Positions 1-10,208 of a stretch of 64,000 bases of DNA are shown here, one piece after another. The stretch covers positions 4,924 through 68,923 of the forward strand of contig JAIBDN010000005.1 of the NCBI GenBank assembly GCA_024686215.1. Direction: 5' to 3'. The DNA is from Gammaproteobacteria bacterium (GTDB lineage Bacteria > Pseudomonadota > Gammaproteobacteria > Pseudomonadales > Halieaceae). The position numbers and the translations under genes were made by a program. The notes below the pieces were generated by a model that was given only the letters and a program-made list of their open reading frames with translations, was not told where the DNA came from and ran no database searches. Numbering within the stretch: position 1 is the stretch's first letter; the number at the start of each line of letters is the position of its first letter.

Positions 1-1340
1 CCCATCGGCGTATTGAGTATGTCACCCGCTGCAAATACCTCCTGGCCACGCACAAAAGTGCGTAGCACCACACCCCTCACTTTACGTCCTGCATAAGGCG
101 TCACTTTATGGCGATACTTGATCATGTCGGCGTGGATAACGTATTCAGCGCTGTCGTCAAACACACAGAAATCCGCATCGTAGCCCACCGCAATCCGGCC
201 CTTGCGCTGCCCCAGACCGGCAAACTCGGCCGGCCGCGTGGACATCCAGTCAACGATCTGCTCTATGCTATAACCGCGCTGCTGTGCCTCAGTCCAGGTC
301 AATGACAGGCCGAACTGCAACGAGGATATTCCACCCCAGGCATGTTCGATGTCACCGCTGTCGATGTGTTTTAACTGCGGTGTGCAGGGCGAGTGATCCG
401 ACACCACAAAGCCAATAGTGCCCTCTGCCAGCCCCTGCCACAGCCGCTGTCGGTTTTCATCCTCCCGAATAGGTGGGCAACACTTGAACAGGGTCTTGCC
501 GTCGGGAATATCCTCGGCAAACAGGGTCAGATAGTGCGGACAGGTTTCCGCGCTGATCTGCAGTCCCTGCTGCTGTGCCGCGTGCAATGCCGGCAGCGCA
601 TCAGCAGACGACAGGTGCACAACATGCAAGCGGGCGCTGACGTTTTCCGCCGCGGCATCCTGTGCCAGGGCGATCAACATCTCGATGGCTTCGTCCTCCC
701 AACGCCGCGGGCGTGACGCCAGGAAACTCTGATAAGACTTACCGATGAGCGGTGGCTCGCTCTCTTCCTTGTCCAGTTCAGCATGAATCAGGTACGGCAC
801 CTGGTGCTCGGCCAGGATGCGAATCGCGCGACGTAAATGGCTTGCATCCACCTGCGGGAAATCATCAATGCCAGAGTGAATGGTAAAGGACTTCACTCCC
901 AGCACCCCGGCGCGGATCAATTCATCCAGCGCATCCAGGCTGTCGGGTACCACGCCACCCCAAAAGCCACAGTCCACCCACAACTTACCCTGCAGTGAAG
1001 CTATCTTCTGACGCAGGGCGTCGGCGGTGGTGGTCACCGGCGTACAGTTCAAGGGCATATCGACCACTGTGGTAATACCCCCCGCCGCAGCTGCCTGGGT
1101 GGCGGTATTAAATCCCTCCCACTCAGTGCGACCGGGCTCGTTGATATGCACATGCGTATCAACCAATCCGGGCAGCAACACACCCGACGCAATCGTTTCT
1201 ACACGCACGGCTTCCACCTGAGCATCGAAATCCAGGATTCCGGCCACCTTACCCTGTGACACAACAACAGTCGCTGGCCTGATATGCCCGTCCACCAGGG
1301 TGCGCTCACAGCGCAATGCCAGCGCTGCACGCTCACTCAT
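1..1340 (-). CDS. allB: allantoinase (cyclic amidohydrolase); C-terminus cut by the window edge
   Basis: Absent from the ORF track because it runs off the window. My translation from ATG 1340..1338 gives MSERAALALRCERTLVDG...LPGLVDTHVHINEPGRTEWEGF...VVSDHSPC...GRIAVGYDADF. This aligns along its length with E. coli AllB. The start overlaps the xdhC stop (ATGAGTGA). Confidence 0.8.
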   Translation of the reverse strand, partial: MSERAALALRCERTLVDGHIRPATVVVSQGKVAGILDFDAQVEAVRVETIASGVLLPGLVDTHVHINEPGRTEWEGFNTATQAAAAGGITTVVDMPLNCTPVTTTADALRQKIASLQGKLWVDCGFWGGVVPDSLDALDELIRAGVLGVKSFTIHSGIDDFPQVDASHLRRAIRILAEHQVPYLIHAELDKEESEPPLIGKSYQSFLASRPRRWEDEAIEMLIALAQDAAAENVSARLHVVHLSSADALPALHAAQQQGLQISAETCPHYLTLFAEDIPDGKTLFKCCPPIREDENRQRLWQGLAEGTIGFVVSDHSPCTPQLKHIDSGDIEHAWGGISSLQFGLSLTWTEAQQRGYSIEQIVDWMSTRPAEFAGLGQRKGRIAVGYDADFCVFDDSAEYVIHADMIKYRHKVTPYAGRKVRGVVLRTFVRGQEVFAAGDILNTPM

Positions 1341-2244
1341 AACTTTTTCCTTGCACCGGCACCTCAGCTTTGCCCGGTTTATCAGCCGGGCCTGCCTCTA
1401 TCGCCACCTCAGCTGCTGCAGACATCAGCGGTTTCAACTCCCGCCACCCCACGCCGCGCTGGGTCTCGCGCGCCGGTCTGTCGCCCTGGTACTGGCTGAT
1501 CAGCTCCGCGGCAATAGATGTCGCCACTTCCATGGGCAGTTTGCCTGGCACCTGTGGCAGCCCCACGGGACAATGTACGTTCGCATACTGCTCCGCGGCG
1601 TAACCACGATGCTGAAAACGCATCTGGAAACGGCGCCACTTTGTCGCTGACCCGATCAGGCCGATATAGCGTGCATCGCCGCGCTTGATCACCGCCTGGG
1701 TAATATCAAAATCCAGCGGATGATTGTGCGTCATTATCAGGTAATAACTCTTGGCCGGCATACTCGCCACTGCATCGGCCGGCGCTTCACTTAACACTCG
1801 CTCAACGTTGGCAGGTAGCTGCGCAGGAAACTGCTCGGACCGGGAATCCACCCAGCGCACCCGACAGGGCAACTGCGCCAGAATACTGACCAGGGCTTTG
1901 CCCACGTGCCCGGCACCAAACAACATGAGATTAATCTCATTGCCGGGGAAGCTTTCGAACAGCACATGGGTGCTACCACCACAGCACTGCCCCAGGCTGG
2001 CACCCAGCGGGAATACCTCTATATGCTGCTGCGCCTCAGCGCAGCACAGCAGGTCACGCGCAATGTCCATCGCCTTGTACTCCAGATGACCGCCGCCAAT
2101 AGTACAAAAACTGCGATCGGCAGTGACCAGCATCTTGGTCCCGCTATCGCGGGGAGTCGAACCCCTGGCCCCCAGTACCGTGACCAGCACGTAAGCCACA
2201 CCACCACTTTCCAGATCGCGGGCAATATCCAACCACTCACTCAT
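1333..2244 (-). CDS. xdhC: xanthine dehydrogenase accessory/maturation protein XdhC
   Basis: The conserved part starts MSEWLDIARDLESGGVAYVLVTVLGARGSTPR at ATG 2244, which overlaps the xdhB stop (ATGA). The 42 extra codons of track ORF 1333..2370 lie inside xdhB. Confidence 0.85.
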   Translation of the reverse strand: MSEWLDIARDLESGGVAYVLVTVLGARGSTPRDSGTKMLVTADRSFCTIGGGHLEYKAMDIARDLLCCAEAQQHIEVFPLGASLGQCCGGSTHVLFESFPGNEINLMLFGAGHVGKALVSILAQLPCRVRWVDSRSEQFPAQLPANVERVLSEAPADAVASMPAKSYYLIMTHNHPLDFDITQAVIKRGDARYIGLIGSATKWRRFQMRFQHRGYAAEQYANVHCPVGLPQVPGKLPMEVATSIAAELISQYQGDRPARETQRGVGWRELKPLMSAAAEVAIEAGPADKPGKAEVPVQGKSYE

Positions 2245-4592
2245 AACCCGCCCTCCCCGCTTATCTCGCGCACAGCGCGCAGCACACACTCGGGCGTGGC
2301 GGGCGGATCCATGCGTGGGCTGACCCGGTAATCGCTCAGACTGGACACCGCATCGCGCAATGCGCTCCACACGGAGATGCCCAGCATCAGCGGCGGCTCA
2401 CCCACGGCCTTGGAGTGATAAATCGTTGCCTCCACATTGGGACTGTCGGGTAGCAACTCCACATTGAATTCGGCAGGGGCATCACCGATAGCCGGGATCT
2501 TGTAACTGGCCGGGTTCACCGTCTGCAACCGGCCATCGTCACCCCATACCAGTTCCTCGGTGGTCAACCATCCCATACCCTGGATGAAGGCGCCCTCTAC
2601 CTGGCCGATATCGATGGCGGGATTAAGCGACTGACCTACATCCTGGCAGATATCCGCGCGCAGTAGTTTGTATTCACCGGTGAGCGTATCTACCAGCACT
2701 TCAGAAACCGCCGCACCGTTGGCAAAATAGAAAAATGGGCGGCCCTGGGCTTTTTCCCGGTCGTAAAAGATCTTCGGTGTGCGGTAGTAACCCGTGGCCG
2801 ACAGGGAAATCCTGTTCAGGTAGGCCAACTGCACAAACTCGGCAAAGGCCATTTCCTGCTCACCGGCTATCAGCTTGTTGTTGTGCAAACGCACAGCGCC
2901 GACGTCTACAGCAAAGTGTTCGCTGGCAAAGGCCAACAGGCGCGACTTGATCTTGCAGGCGGCGTCGCGTGCCGCCATGCCATTCAAATCTGTTCCCGAG
3001 GATGCCGCGGTGGGAGAGGTATTGGGTACCTTATCCGTGCGCGTTGAGGTGCATAGAATGGTCTCTATATCCACCTGCAGCTCGTGGGCAACCACCTGGG
3101 CGACCTTGGTATACAGGCCCTGACCCATCTCGGTGCCACCGTGATTCAGCTGGATACTGCCGTCGGTGTACACATGCAGCAGCGCCCCTGCCTGATTGAG
3201 GTGCAGCAGCGTAAAGGAAATACCGAACTTGACCGGAGTCAGGGCAATACCTTTCTTTAATACCGGGCTGTCGCGGTTGAAAGCAATAATAGCTGCGCGA
3301 CGTGCCTGGTACTCCGACTGCTGCTCCAGCCGCTGCACCAGCCCGGGAATGATGTGCTGCTCTATTTTCTGGCCATAGTGGGTAGTATTGCGTTCACCCT
3401 CTTCGCCATAGAAATTGGCCTGGCGCACCGCCAGCGGGTCGCGACCCACCGCCCGGGCAATATCATCGAGAATGCCTTCTATAGCCACCATACCCTGGGG
3501 GCCGCCAAACCCGCGGAATGCTGTATTGGACACCGTGTTGGTTTTTACCCTGTGTCCCACCACGCGCGCCGCCGGCAGGAAGTACGCGTTGTCCGCATGA
3601 AACATGGCCCTGTCGACTATCGCATCCGATAAATCGGGCGACATGCCACAACCACCTGCCAATTCCAGATCCAGGGCCTGGATCACCCCATGATCATCAA
3701 ATCCCACCTGGTATGTGCCGCTGAAATGATGCCGCTTGCCGGTAGTGGTCATATCGTCTGCACGGGCCAGGCGAATTTTTACCGGGCGCCCCGTCTTACG
3801 CGCCAGCAACGCTGCTATACAGGCCCATTGATTGGCATTGGTTTCCTTGCCGCCAAAACCTCCACCCATGCGGCGCATATCGACGGTCACCAGGTGCATG
3901 GGAATATCCAGCACTTCGGCAATAAGTTTCTGTATCTCACTGGGGTTCTGGTTGGACGTGTACAACAGGATGCCGCCGTCTTCCACCGGGATCACCAGTG
4001 ACGCCTGCCCCTCCAGGTACAGGTGTTCCTGGCCACCCATACGAAACTCACCGCGCAGCACGTTAGCGGCTTGCGCCAGTGCCGCGGCAGCATCGCCACG
4101 CTGCTGGGTGTGACTGGGTCGCACAAAGCTGTCATTGGCCAACCCCTGCTCTATGCTCAGGTCCGCCGCTAACTCCTCGTACTCCACCTGCGCCAGAAGC
4201 GCCGCCTTGCGTGCCAGGTCATAACTGCTCGCGGCCACCGCGAATAGCGGCTGACCCCAGAATTGCGACACGCCATCTGCCAGCAGCGGATCGCCGGGGA
4301 ATGCCGGGCCGATATCGGTATGGCCGGGTACGTCGTCCAGGGTCAGCACACTGTGCACACCCTCTGCAGCCAACACCGCACCAAGGTCCATGCTGTTGAT
4401 CCGTGCATGCGCCTTGTTGCTCATGCCCACATAGGCATGCAGCACGTTCGCCGGTGTCGGCATATCGTCGGTATACAGGGCTTCACCACTGACATGCTTG
4501 TGGGCACTTTCATGCTTGAGATCAGCGCCTGGGGCGCCATGTATTGCGCTGCCGGCGAGCGCTTGCGGGTCTGCACCGGGTAGCTTACGCAT
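2241..4592 (-). CDS. xdhB: xanthine dehydrogenase molybdopterin-binding large subunit
   Basis: ~783 aa with aldehyde oxidase/xanthine dehydrogenase domains (RRMGGGFGGKE motif). I prefer ATG 4592 over the track's TTG at 4601. It overlaps the xdhA stop. Confidence 0.93.
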   Translation of the reverse strand: MRKLPGADPQALAGSAIHGAPGADLKHESAHKHVSGEALYTDDMPTPANVLHAYVGMSNKAHARINSMDLGAVLAAEGVHSVLTLDDVPGHTDIGPAFPGDPLLADGVSQFWGQPLFAVAASSYDLARKAALLAQVEYEELAADLSIEQGLANDSFVRPSHTQQRGDAAAALAQAANVLRGEFRMGGQEHLYLEGQASLVIPVEDGGILLYTSNQNPSEIQKLIAEVLDIPMHLVTVDMRRMGGGFGGKETNANQWACIAALLARKTGRPVKIRLARADDMTTTGKRHHFSGTYQVGFDDHGVIQALDLELAGGCGMSPDLSDAIVDRAMFHADNAYFLPAARVVGHRVKTNTVSNTAFRGFGGPQGMVAIEGILDDIARAVGRDPLAVRQANFYGEEGERNTTHYGQKIEQHIIPGLVQRLEQQSEYQARRAAIIAFNRDSPVLKKGIALTPVKFGISFTLLHLNQAGALLHVYTDGSIQLNHGGTEMGQGLYTKVAQVVAHELQVDIETILCTSTRTDKVPNTSPTAASSGTDLNGMAARDAACKIKSRLLAFASEHFAVDVGAVRLHNNKLIAGEQEMAFAEFVQLAYLNRISLSATGYYRTPKIFYDREKAQGRPFFYFANGAAVSEVLVDTLTGEYKLLRADICQDVGQSLNPAIDIGQVEGAFIQGMGWLTTEELVWGDDGRLQTVNPASYKIPAIGDAPAEFNVELLPDSPNVEATIYHSKAVGEPPLMLGISVWSALRDAVSSLSDYRVSPRMDPPATPECVLRAVREISGEGGL

Positions 4593-6033
4593 AGTGATCA
4601 AGCCTCACTGCAGTGCCCGGGTGGGTAAGCTCAAGGTACAGCCGCCTGAGCAGGTTTTGCGACACTGACAGCCGGTATTGTGCACTGGCGCGAAAATCTG
4701 AAATCGGCTGGAAGTCATTGCCCAGGGCGAGCATCGCTGCGTCAACGGCAGGCTCCTCCCAAGGCTGGCCAATCAGGGCCTGTTCACAATGGCTGGCACG
4801 ACGTGGGATTTCCGCCATGCCGCCAAAGGCGATGCGTGCATCCACCACTACCCCCGCTTGCACTTTCAAGTAAAACGCGCCACAGGTGGCAGATATATCA
4901 TCCTCCAGGCGTTTGCTGATTTTATAGACGCGAAATGCATAACCCGGGACCGGTCTGGGCACAACAATGCGCTCGATAAACTCTGACGGCTGCTGGGCTG
5001 TCACTTTGTAGCTGACAAAATAGTCCTGCACCGGTATTTCACGGGTATCACCCCCACAGCGCAGCACCAGCCTGGCACCAAGAGCTATTAGTACCGGCGG
5101 CATATCACCAATAGGCGAGGCGTTGGCGACGTTACCACCCAAGGTACCCTGGTTACGAATCTGCAGTGAGCCCAGGCGCTCCAGTAGTTCACGCAGCTCA
5201 GGATAATGCGCACAGAGAGCCTCCGCGCAAGCGCTGTAGCTGACTGCCGCGCCTATCTCAAGTTCATTTGCGCTGGTATAGACTTGCAACAGCTCCGGCA
5301 CCCTACCGGTGTAGATAAGCACGTCAAACTCACGCAGAGACTGGGTTAACTCAAGGCTGAGATCGGTACCCCCAGCGACCAGACTGGCCTCGGGGTATTG
5401 CAGCAACAACTGCGACAGGGAGGCCAGGCTGCAGGGTGCGAAGTACTGCTTGCCGCTCACCGGGTCGGTCCAGTTGATATCGGCTTCGGCATCATTAATC
5501 GACTGCAACGCGACCACGGTAGCCGCAGCGCGCGCGCTGAACTGGTCCTGCACAGCGGGTTCATACATCTGCACGGCCGCATCGATGATAGGACGATAAC
5601 CGGTACAGCGACACAGGTTACCACCCAGTGCCTCAATAATGCTGTGGCGTTCAGGCTGCTGGTGATTCTTGCGATAGGCAAACATGGACATGACAAATCC
5701 CGGCGTGCAAAAGCCGCACTGCGAGCCGTGGCAATCGACCATGGCCTGCTGCACAGGATGCAGCTCACCGTCGCGTTTCAAGTGCTCCACGGTGATTAGC
5801 TGCTTGCCCTGCAGAGTCGCCAGTGGGGTAATACAGGCATTGATAGCCTGATACTGCATGCTACCGTCAATGGCCTCACCCAACACCACGCTGCAGGCGC
5901 CACAATCGCCCGACGCACAACCCTCCTTGGTACCGACCTGCTGCAAACGTTCGCGCAGGTATTCGAGCACACTGGTATGCGGGTTGCCCGAATCCACACA
6001 GTGTTCACTATCATTAAGCAAAAACCTGACCAC
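4585..6033 (-). CDS. xdhA: xanthine dehydrogenase small subunit (2Fe-2S plus FAD-binding)
   Basis: 482 aa. Ferredoxin cysteine motifs CASGDCGACSV and CHGSQCGFCTPG are followed by an FAD-binding domain. Confidence 0.93.
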   Translation of the reverse strand: MVRFLLNDSEHCVDSGNPHTSVLEYLRERLQQVGTKEGCASGDCGACSVVLGEAIDGSMQYQAINACITPLATLQGKQLITVEHLKRDGELHPVQQAMVDCHGSQCGFCTPGFVMSMFAYRKNHQQPERHSIIEALGGNLCRCTGYRPIIDAAVQMYEPAVQDQFSARAAATVVALQSINDAEADINWTDPVSGKQYFAPCSLASLSQLLLQYPEASLVAGGTDLSLELTQSLREFDVLIYTGRVPELLQVYTSANELEIGAAVSYSACAEALCAHYPELRELLERLGSLQIRNQGTLGGNVANASPIGDMPPVLIALGARLVLRCGGDTREIPVQDYFVSYKVTAQQPSEFIERIVVPRPVPGYAFRVYKISKRLEDDISATCGAFYLKVQAGVVVDARIAFGGMAEIPRRASHCEQALIGQPWEEPAVDAAMLALGNDFQPISDFRASAQYRLSVSQNLLRRLYLELTHPGTAVRLDHYA

Positions 6034-6260
6034 TATATACTCACCCTGAAAAACCGTTCAGCTAACGTCTGATACCCAAACAAACAGGGATCAATATCTG
6101 CAAGAAGGCGACGGGACAGACCCGGAGCGCACCTGCCTCACACTATTGCACTGTGCCGGGCGTACAGACAAGCTACAAATACCTGTCATTACTGTCAAGT
6201 TTTTGACCAATTACAGGTCGCCATCAAGCAGCTACCGCTGCCCTGCCCGCACAGATGAAA

Positions 6261-6911
6261 CTATTTATCCGGCAACTTGAGGCCACAACCCTTAAGGATT
6301 ATACGTGTCAGATTATCCGACACGTCCTCGTAGTCATTACTGGTCAATTTCGACTTACCCAAACCGGCACACACCTGCAGGTTGAAATCAGCATAGTGCT
6401 GGGTCGCACTCCAGATCAGGAAAATCAGGTAATAGGGGTCTACCGCATCCATTTTCCCCTGCTCTATCCAGGCCTGAATGACACCCGCCTTGGCGTTAAA
6501 CCAGGGCCTGAATTCTTTTTTAAAGTAAACACTAAGGTTGGGCGCCCCATGGATAATTTCACTGGCAAAGATTTTTGATGCGTGGGGGTTGCTTCTGGAG
6601 TACATCACCTTGGCATGGATATAGGCACCCAGCGCCTCTGCCGGATCATCATCCGCGGTGATGCGACTGAAAGCATCGTTCCACAACTCGATAACACCGG
6701 TGAGGATAGCCATGTATAGGTCGAGTTTGCTGTTGAAGTAGTAGTGCACGTTGGTGCGCGGAATTCCCGCCCGCTTGGCGATACTGTTTATCGATGCACC
6801 CTGAAAACCATGCTCGGCAAACTCCTGCTCGGCGCTGCGCAGGATCTGGGCTTCATTATCCAGGCGGATACGGCCACTTTTATACACTTTTGCGCGCGAG
6901 TCTTTCGCCAT
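6261..6911 (-). CDS. TetR-family transcriptional regulator, RutR-like
   Basis: 216 aa. N-terminal HTH (INSIAKRAGIPRTNVHYYF). The C-terminal block LIFLIWSATQHYADF nearly matches E. coli RutR (LIFMIWASTQHYADF). It sits directly upstream of the xdh operon. Confidence 0.85.
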   Translation of the reverse strand: MAKDSRAKVYKSGRIRLDNEAQILRSAEQEFAEHGFQGASINSIAKRAGIPRTNVHYYFNSKLDLYMAILTGVIELWNDAFSRITADDDPAEALGAYIHAKVMYSRSNPHASKIFASEIIHGAPNLSVYFKKEFRPWFNAKAGVIQAWIEQGKMDAVDPYYLIFLIWSATQHYADFNLQVCAGLGKSKLTSNDYEDVSDNLTRIILKGCGLKLPDK

Positions 6912-7142
6912 TTTATTGTCCCTGAGTCAAAAAACTGACAGTCATGTCAGCTATTTGATTATTGCGCGAATCATCGCGCCCCTCAAGGAAAACAAGTTTA
7001 GCCTCACGGTGACCAACCAATGCTGCAGCCCCCGCGAATACTCCAGATAGCCATTGTTCGCAATTTTCACATAATTGAGAGGGAATTTTTACAACAAAAC
7101 CGCTAATTGGCGGTCTACACTTAAAGTGGTAGTGGTTAATTT

Positions 7143-7346
7143 ATGATCGAGAGCAAAATGAAAAGACTGGATGACGGCAAAACAAGCTTTGTTGAGTTTC
7201 TCAACAGCATCAAATTTGCCCAACACAACGACGCGAATCAGCGCGCCAAGTGCCCTACGCAGCACTTCGCCCATTTCAACCCGCGTGCCCGTGACAAAAG
7301 CGCGCTTAGCACTGAAGATTCGCAACTGATTCGCAGCGCCAACTAG
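7143..7346 (+). CDS. hypothetical small protein (62-67 aa)
   Basis: This is the only ORF in a ~550-bp gap with GC3-rich, host-like codon usage. It converges on the hydrolase gene, with a CCCTTCC...GGAAGGG hairpin between the two. The RBS is weak and I recognise no family. Confidence 0.3.
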   Translation: MIESKMKRLDDGKTSFVEFLNSIKFAQHNDANQRAKCPTQHFAHFNPRARDKSALSTEDSQLIRSAN

Positions 7347-7459
7347 GCGTCGCGACCCCTTCCTGCCTGACCGGTTGAACCCGGAAGGGTAAGTACGGCC
7401 CCGAAAAAACCCACACGAGCAAACACTTAAAACTCTTTTTGCGTCAGCCAAGCCGTGTT

Positions 7460-8290
7460 TCAGCGATTATGTGCCAGGCGCACGAAGGGTCTGATGCGCT
7501 CACTTTTACACAGGGCCCAGCGGTGTTGCGGCTCCACCAGGTGATTGGCAATAACGGCAAACACCAGCGGATTAAACGGAAAACCCACGTGACTGGCCAT
7601 GACCGCGACATTGGTGACATAGCGTGGATCGCCCTGACACCTGGCGATACCCGCCCCGACAATGCCATCGGACTCACTGTGTAAGGCCAGCACCGGCACC
7701 CGCAACTCACCGCCGCTATAGGTGTGCGCTACCCACCGCTCCAAAGCGGCGTCATCGACCTCATTGTTATAAAGATTGCCCATCACACTGTACAGCGCGG
7801 TACCACGCGGATCTCCATAGGGCGTGCCCAGGGTGATTGCCTGTCGCACCCACTGCGGGCAGCGATGCGCCAGGGCCACCGCATACAGACCACCGAGGCT
7901 CCAGCCAATAAGGGTAACCTTGCGCCCGGTAGCATTGAATTCCTTCTCCACCAGATCCGCAATCACATCCTCCGTCTCTGCACGGTGATCCAGAAAATCA
8001 TCGATATTTTGCGAGCGCACCTCAGCCGCGTTGCGGCCCAGCCCCCAGGGTATGGCGTTGTAGCCACGCTGGTTGAGAAATTTACGTAACTGGGACATGG
8101 AGCCATCGGCGCCCATAAAACCCGGCAGGGTCATAATGCTATGGCCGTCGCCGTCGGGCAGCGTCCTTAACAGTGGTCCCAGCATGGCGGTACTGCCCAT
8201 TTCCAGGATCACACGACCCAACTCCATCACACTGTGACGCAAACGGGGTGGGCGCAAATCCGGGGTAAAACTTTGGTACGTGGCTACCAT
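7460..8290 (-). CDS. alpha/beta-fold hydrolase
   Basis: GWSLGG nucleophile elbow. I chose ATG 8290 (MVATYQSF...) because a GGGAG RBS lies 5 nt upstream. The track ORF extends to 8377. Confidence 0.8.
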   Translation of the reverse strand: MVATYQSFTPDLRPPRLRHSVMELGRVILEMGSTAMLGPLLRTLPDGDGHSIMTLPGFMGADGSMSQLRKFLNQRGYNAIPWGLGRNAAEVRSQNIDDFLDHRAETEDVIADLVEKEFNATGRKVTLIGWSLGGLYAVALAHRCPQWVRQAITLGTPYGDPRGTALYSVMGNLYNNEVDDAALERWVAHTYSGGELRVPVLALHSESDGIVGAGIARCQGDPRYVTNVAVMASHVGFPFNPLVFAVIANHLVEPQHRWALCKSERIRPFVRLAHNR

Positions 8291-8438
8291 AAGGACTCCC
8301 TGTGAACAATTCACAGCCTCATTGTGGCCAGTATAGGGGCAGGAATACAGCGAAACCTGAGCAGCCCGGTTTAACAAATCATGCTAGAATTGCGCCCTTG
8401 GCAGCAATCCCTTGAAACCTTGATATAGCCCAAGCCCA

Positions 8439-9179
8439 GTGACCTCTGTGACTAATCCCCGCGATACCATCTACGCCGACCCGCTGTCCGAGACCGGCCT
8501 GTTCGCTTTTGACGACAACGTGGCCCGGGTTTTTCCAGACATGATCAAGCGCTCAGTGCCCGGCTACGCCACCATTGTCGCTATGACCGGCCTGCTGGCG
8601 GGCCGCTATGCCACGCCAGGCAGCGCCCTGTACGACCTGGGTTGCTCCCTGGGCGCTTCAACCCTGGCCATGCGCCAGAATCTGCGCCAGCCCGAATGCC
8701 GCATCATCGGCGTGGATAACTCCGCCTCCATGCTGGACCGCTGCCGCAGCATCATCGACACGGACACCCACGACACGCCGGTGGACCTGGTTTGCGCGAA
8801 CCTGCAGGACATCAGCATCGAAGACGCCTCGGTGGTGGTACTCAACTTCACCCTGCAGTTTATACCGCTGGAGATACGCGACGCGGTGCTACACAGCATC
8901 TACCAGGGTATGCGACCCGGCGGCATCATGGTGTTGTCCGAGAAGGTGACCTTTGCAGACCCGCACCTGGATGAACTGAATATCGACCTGCACCATCAGT
9001 TCAAGCGCGCCAACGGCTACAGCGAACTGGAGGTTGCGCAGAAGCGCAACGCACTGGAAAACGTGCTGCTGCCGGAAACTCTGCTGCAGCACAAAACACG
9101 TATCACCGAGGCCGGCTTCAGCAGTTGCGACGTATGGTTCCAATGCTTTAACTTCGCCTCTCTGGTCGCGCTGAAATGA
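8439..9179 (+). CDS. cmoA: carboxy-S-adenosyl-L-methionine synthase
   Basis: 246 aa. The N-terminus [26 protein letters not shown] and an SAM-MTase fold are typical of CmoA. The stop overlaps the cmoB start. Confidence 0.93.
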   Translation: MTSVTNPRDTIYADPLSETGLFAFDDNVARVFPDMIKRSVPGYATIVAMTGLLAGRYATPGSALYDLGCSLGASTLAMRQNLRQPECRIIGVDNSASMLDRCRSIIDTDTHDTPVDLVCANLQDISIEDASVVVLNFTLQFIPLEIRDAVLHSIYQGMRPGGIMVLSEKVTFADPHLDELNIDLHHQFKRANGYSELEVAQKRNALENVLLPETLLQHKTRITEAGFSSCDVWFQCFNFASLVALK

Positions 9180-10174
9180 TCAATTACCAACCCTTGATAG
9201 AACGTTGGCAAGGCGGTGAACTTGATAGCTGGGCACTGGTCCTGGCCGAACAGATCGCCAAGGGGCTGGATAAAAAGCGCTATGGCGATCTGCCGCGCTG
9301 GCTGCAAGTGTTAGACGAACTACCCGATCTACAGCCCGATCGCATCCAACTCAACACTGCCCATGTGGGCGCCAGCCAGGACACCCCCCTGGATGAGGCT
9401 GCGACGCAACAGTTACGCGACACCCTGCAGGGACTGCACCCCTGGCGCAAGGGGCCCTTCGAGCTGTTCGGCGTACACATCGATACCGAATGGCGCTCCG
9501 ACTGGAAGTGGGATCGCTTGCAGGAGCGCATTGATCCATTGGCAGGCCGCCGTGTGCTGGACGTCGGTTGCGGCAGCGGCTACCACTGTTGGCGCATGCT
9601 CGGCGATGGCGCAGCGCAAGTGATTGGCATCGACCCCACCCCCCTGTTCGTGGTGCAGTTTTGGGCGCTGCAAAAATACCTGCAGCAGGACAACACCTGG
9701 GTGTTACCCCTGGGCATCGAACACGTGCCGCAGAAACTGCAGGCCTTCGATACCGTGTTTTCCATGGGCGTGCTCTACCACCGTCGCTCGCCCTTTGATC
9801 ATCTACAGGAATTGAAGGACTGCCTGAGGCCCGGTGGACAACTGGTGTTGGAGACGCTGGTGGTTGAGGGTGGATTGGGCGCCACTCTGCTGCCTGAGGG
9901 TCGTTATGCGCGCATGGGCAACGTTTGGTTTTTGCCCAGCACTGACACCTTGCTTAGCTGGCTGCGCAAACTGGGCTTTGTCGAGCCGCAACTGATAGAT
10001 ATCACGGTAACTTCAACCGAGGAACAACGCTCCACCGAGTGGATGAAGTTTCATTCACTGAGCAACTTCCTCGACCCCGAAGACAGGCAGAAAACTATTG
10101 AGGGTTACCCTGCACCACGGCGCGCCATCGTCACTGCCAAAGCACCCGGTAGCTGGCTGCCAACCAACGACTGA
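9176..10174 (+). CDS. cmoB: tRNA U34 carboxymethyltransferase
   Basis: 332 aa. Contains the LHPWRKGPF motif and [11 protein letters not shown], and is coupled to cmoA. Confidence 0.93.
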   Translation: MINYQPLIERWQGGELDSWALVLAEQIAKGLDKKRYGDLPRWLQVLDELPDLQPDRIQLNTAHVGASQDTPLDEAATQQLRDTLQGLHPWRKGPFELFGVHIDTEWRSDWKWDRLQERIDPLAGRRVLDVGCGSGYHCWRMLGDGAAQVIGIDPTPLFVVQFWALQKYLQQDNTWVLPLGIEHVPQKLQAFDTVFSMGVLYHRRSPFDHLQELKDCLRPGGQLVLETLVVEGGLGATLLPEGRYARMGNVWFLPSTDTLLSWLRKLGFVEPQLIDITVTSTEEQRSTEWMKFHSLSNFLDPEDRQKTIEGYPAPRRAIVTAKAPGSWLPTND

Positions 10175-10208
10175 CCACGCTGCACCCTCCGGCCCCGCCA
10201 TAGCTACA

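Noticed and set aside
4593-4601. The track's start of xdhB at 4601.
   Set aside because: That codon is TTG. An ATG three codons downstream (4592) overlaps the xdhA stop in a typical coupling arrangement, so I preferred it.
7089-7451. 120-aa minus-strand ORF in the TetR-hydrolase gap.
   Set aside because: It is Arg/Gly-rich and antisense to the better-behaved 67-aa plus-strand ORF. It would also read through the inter-gene hairpin.
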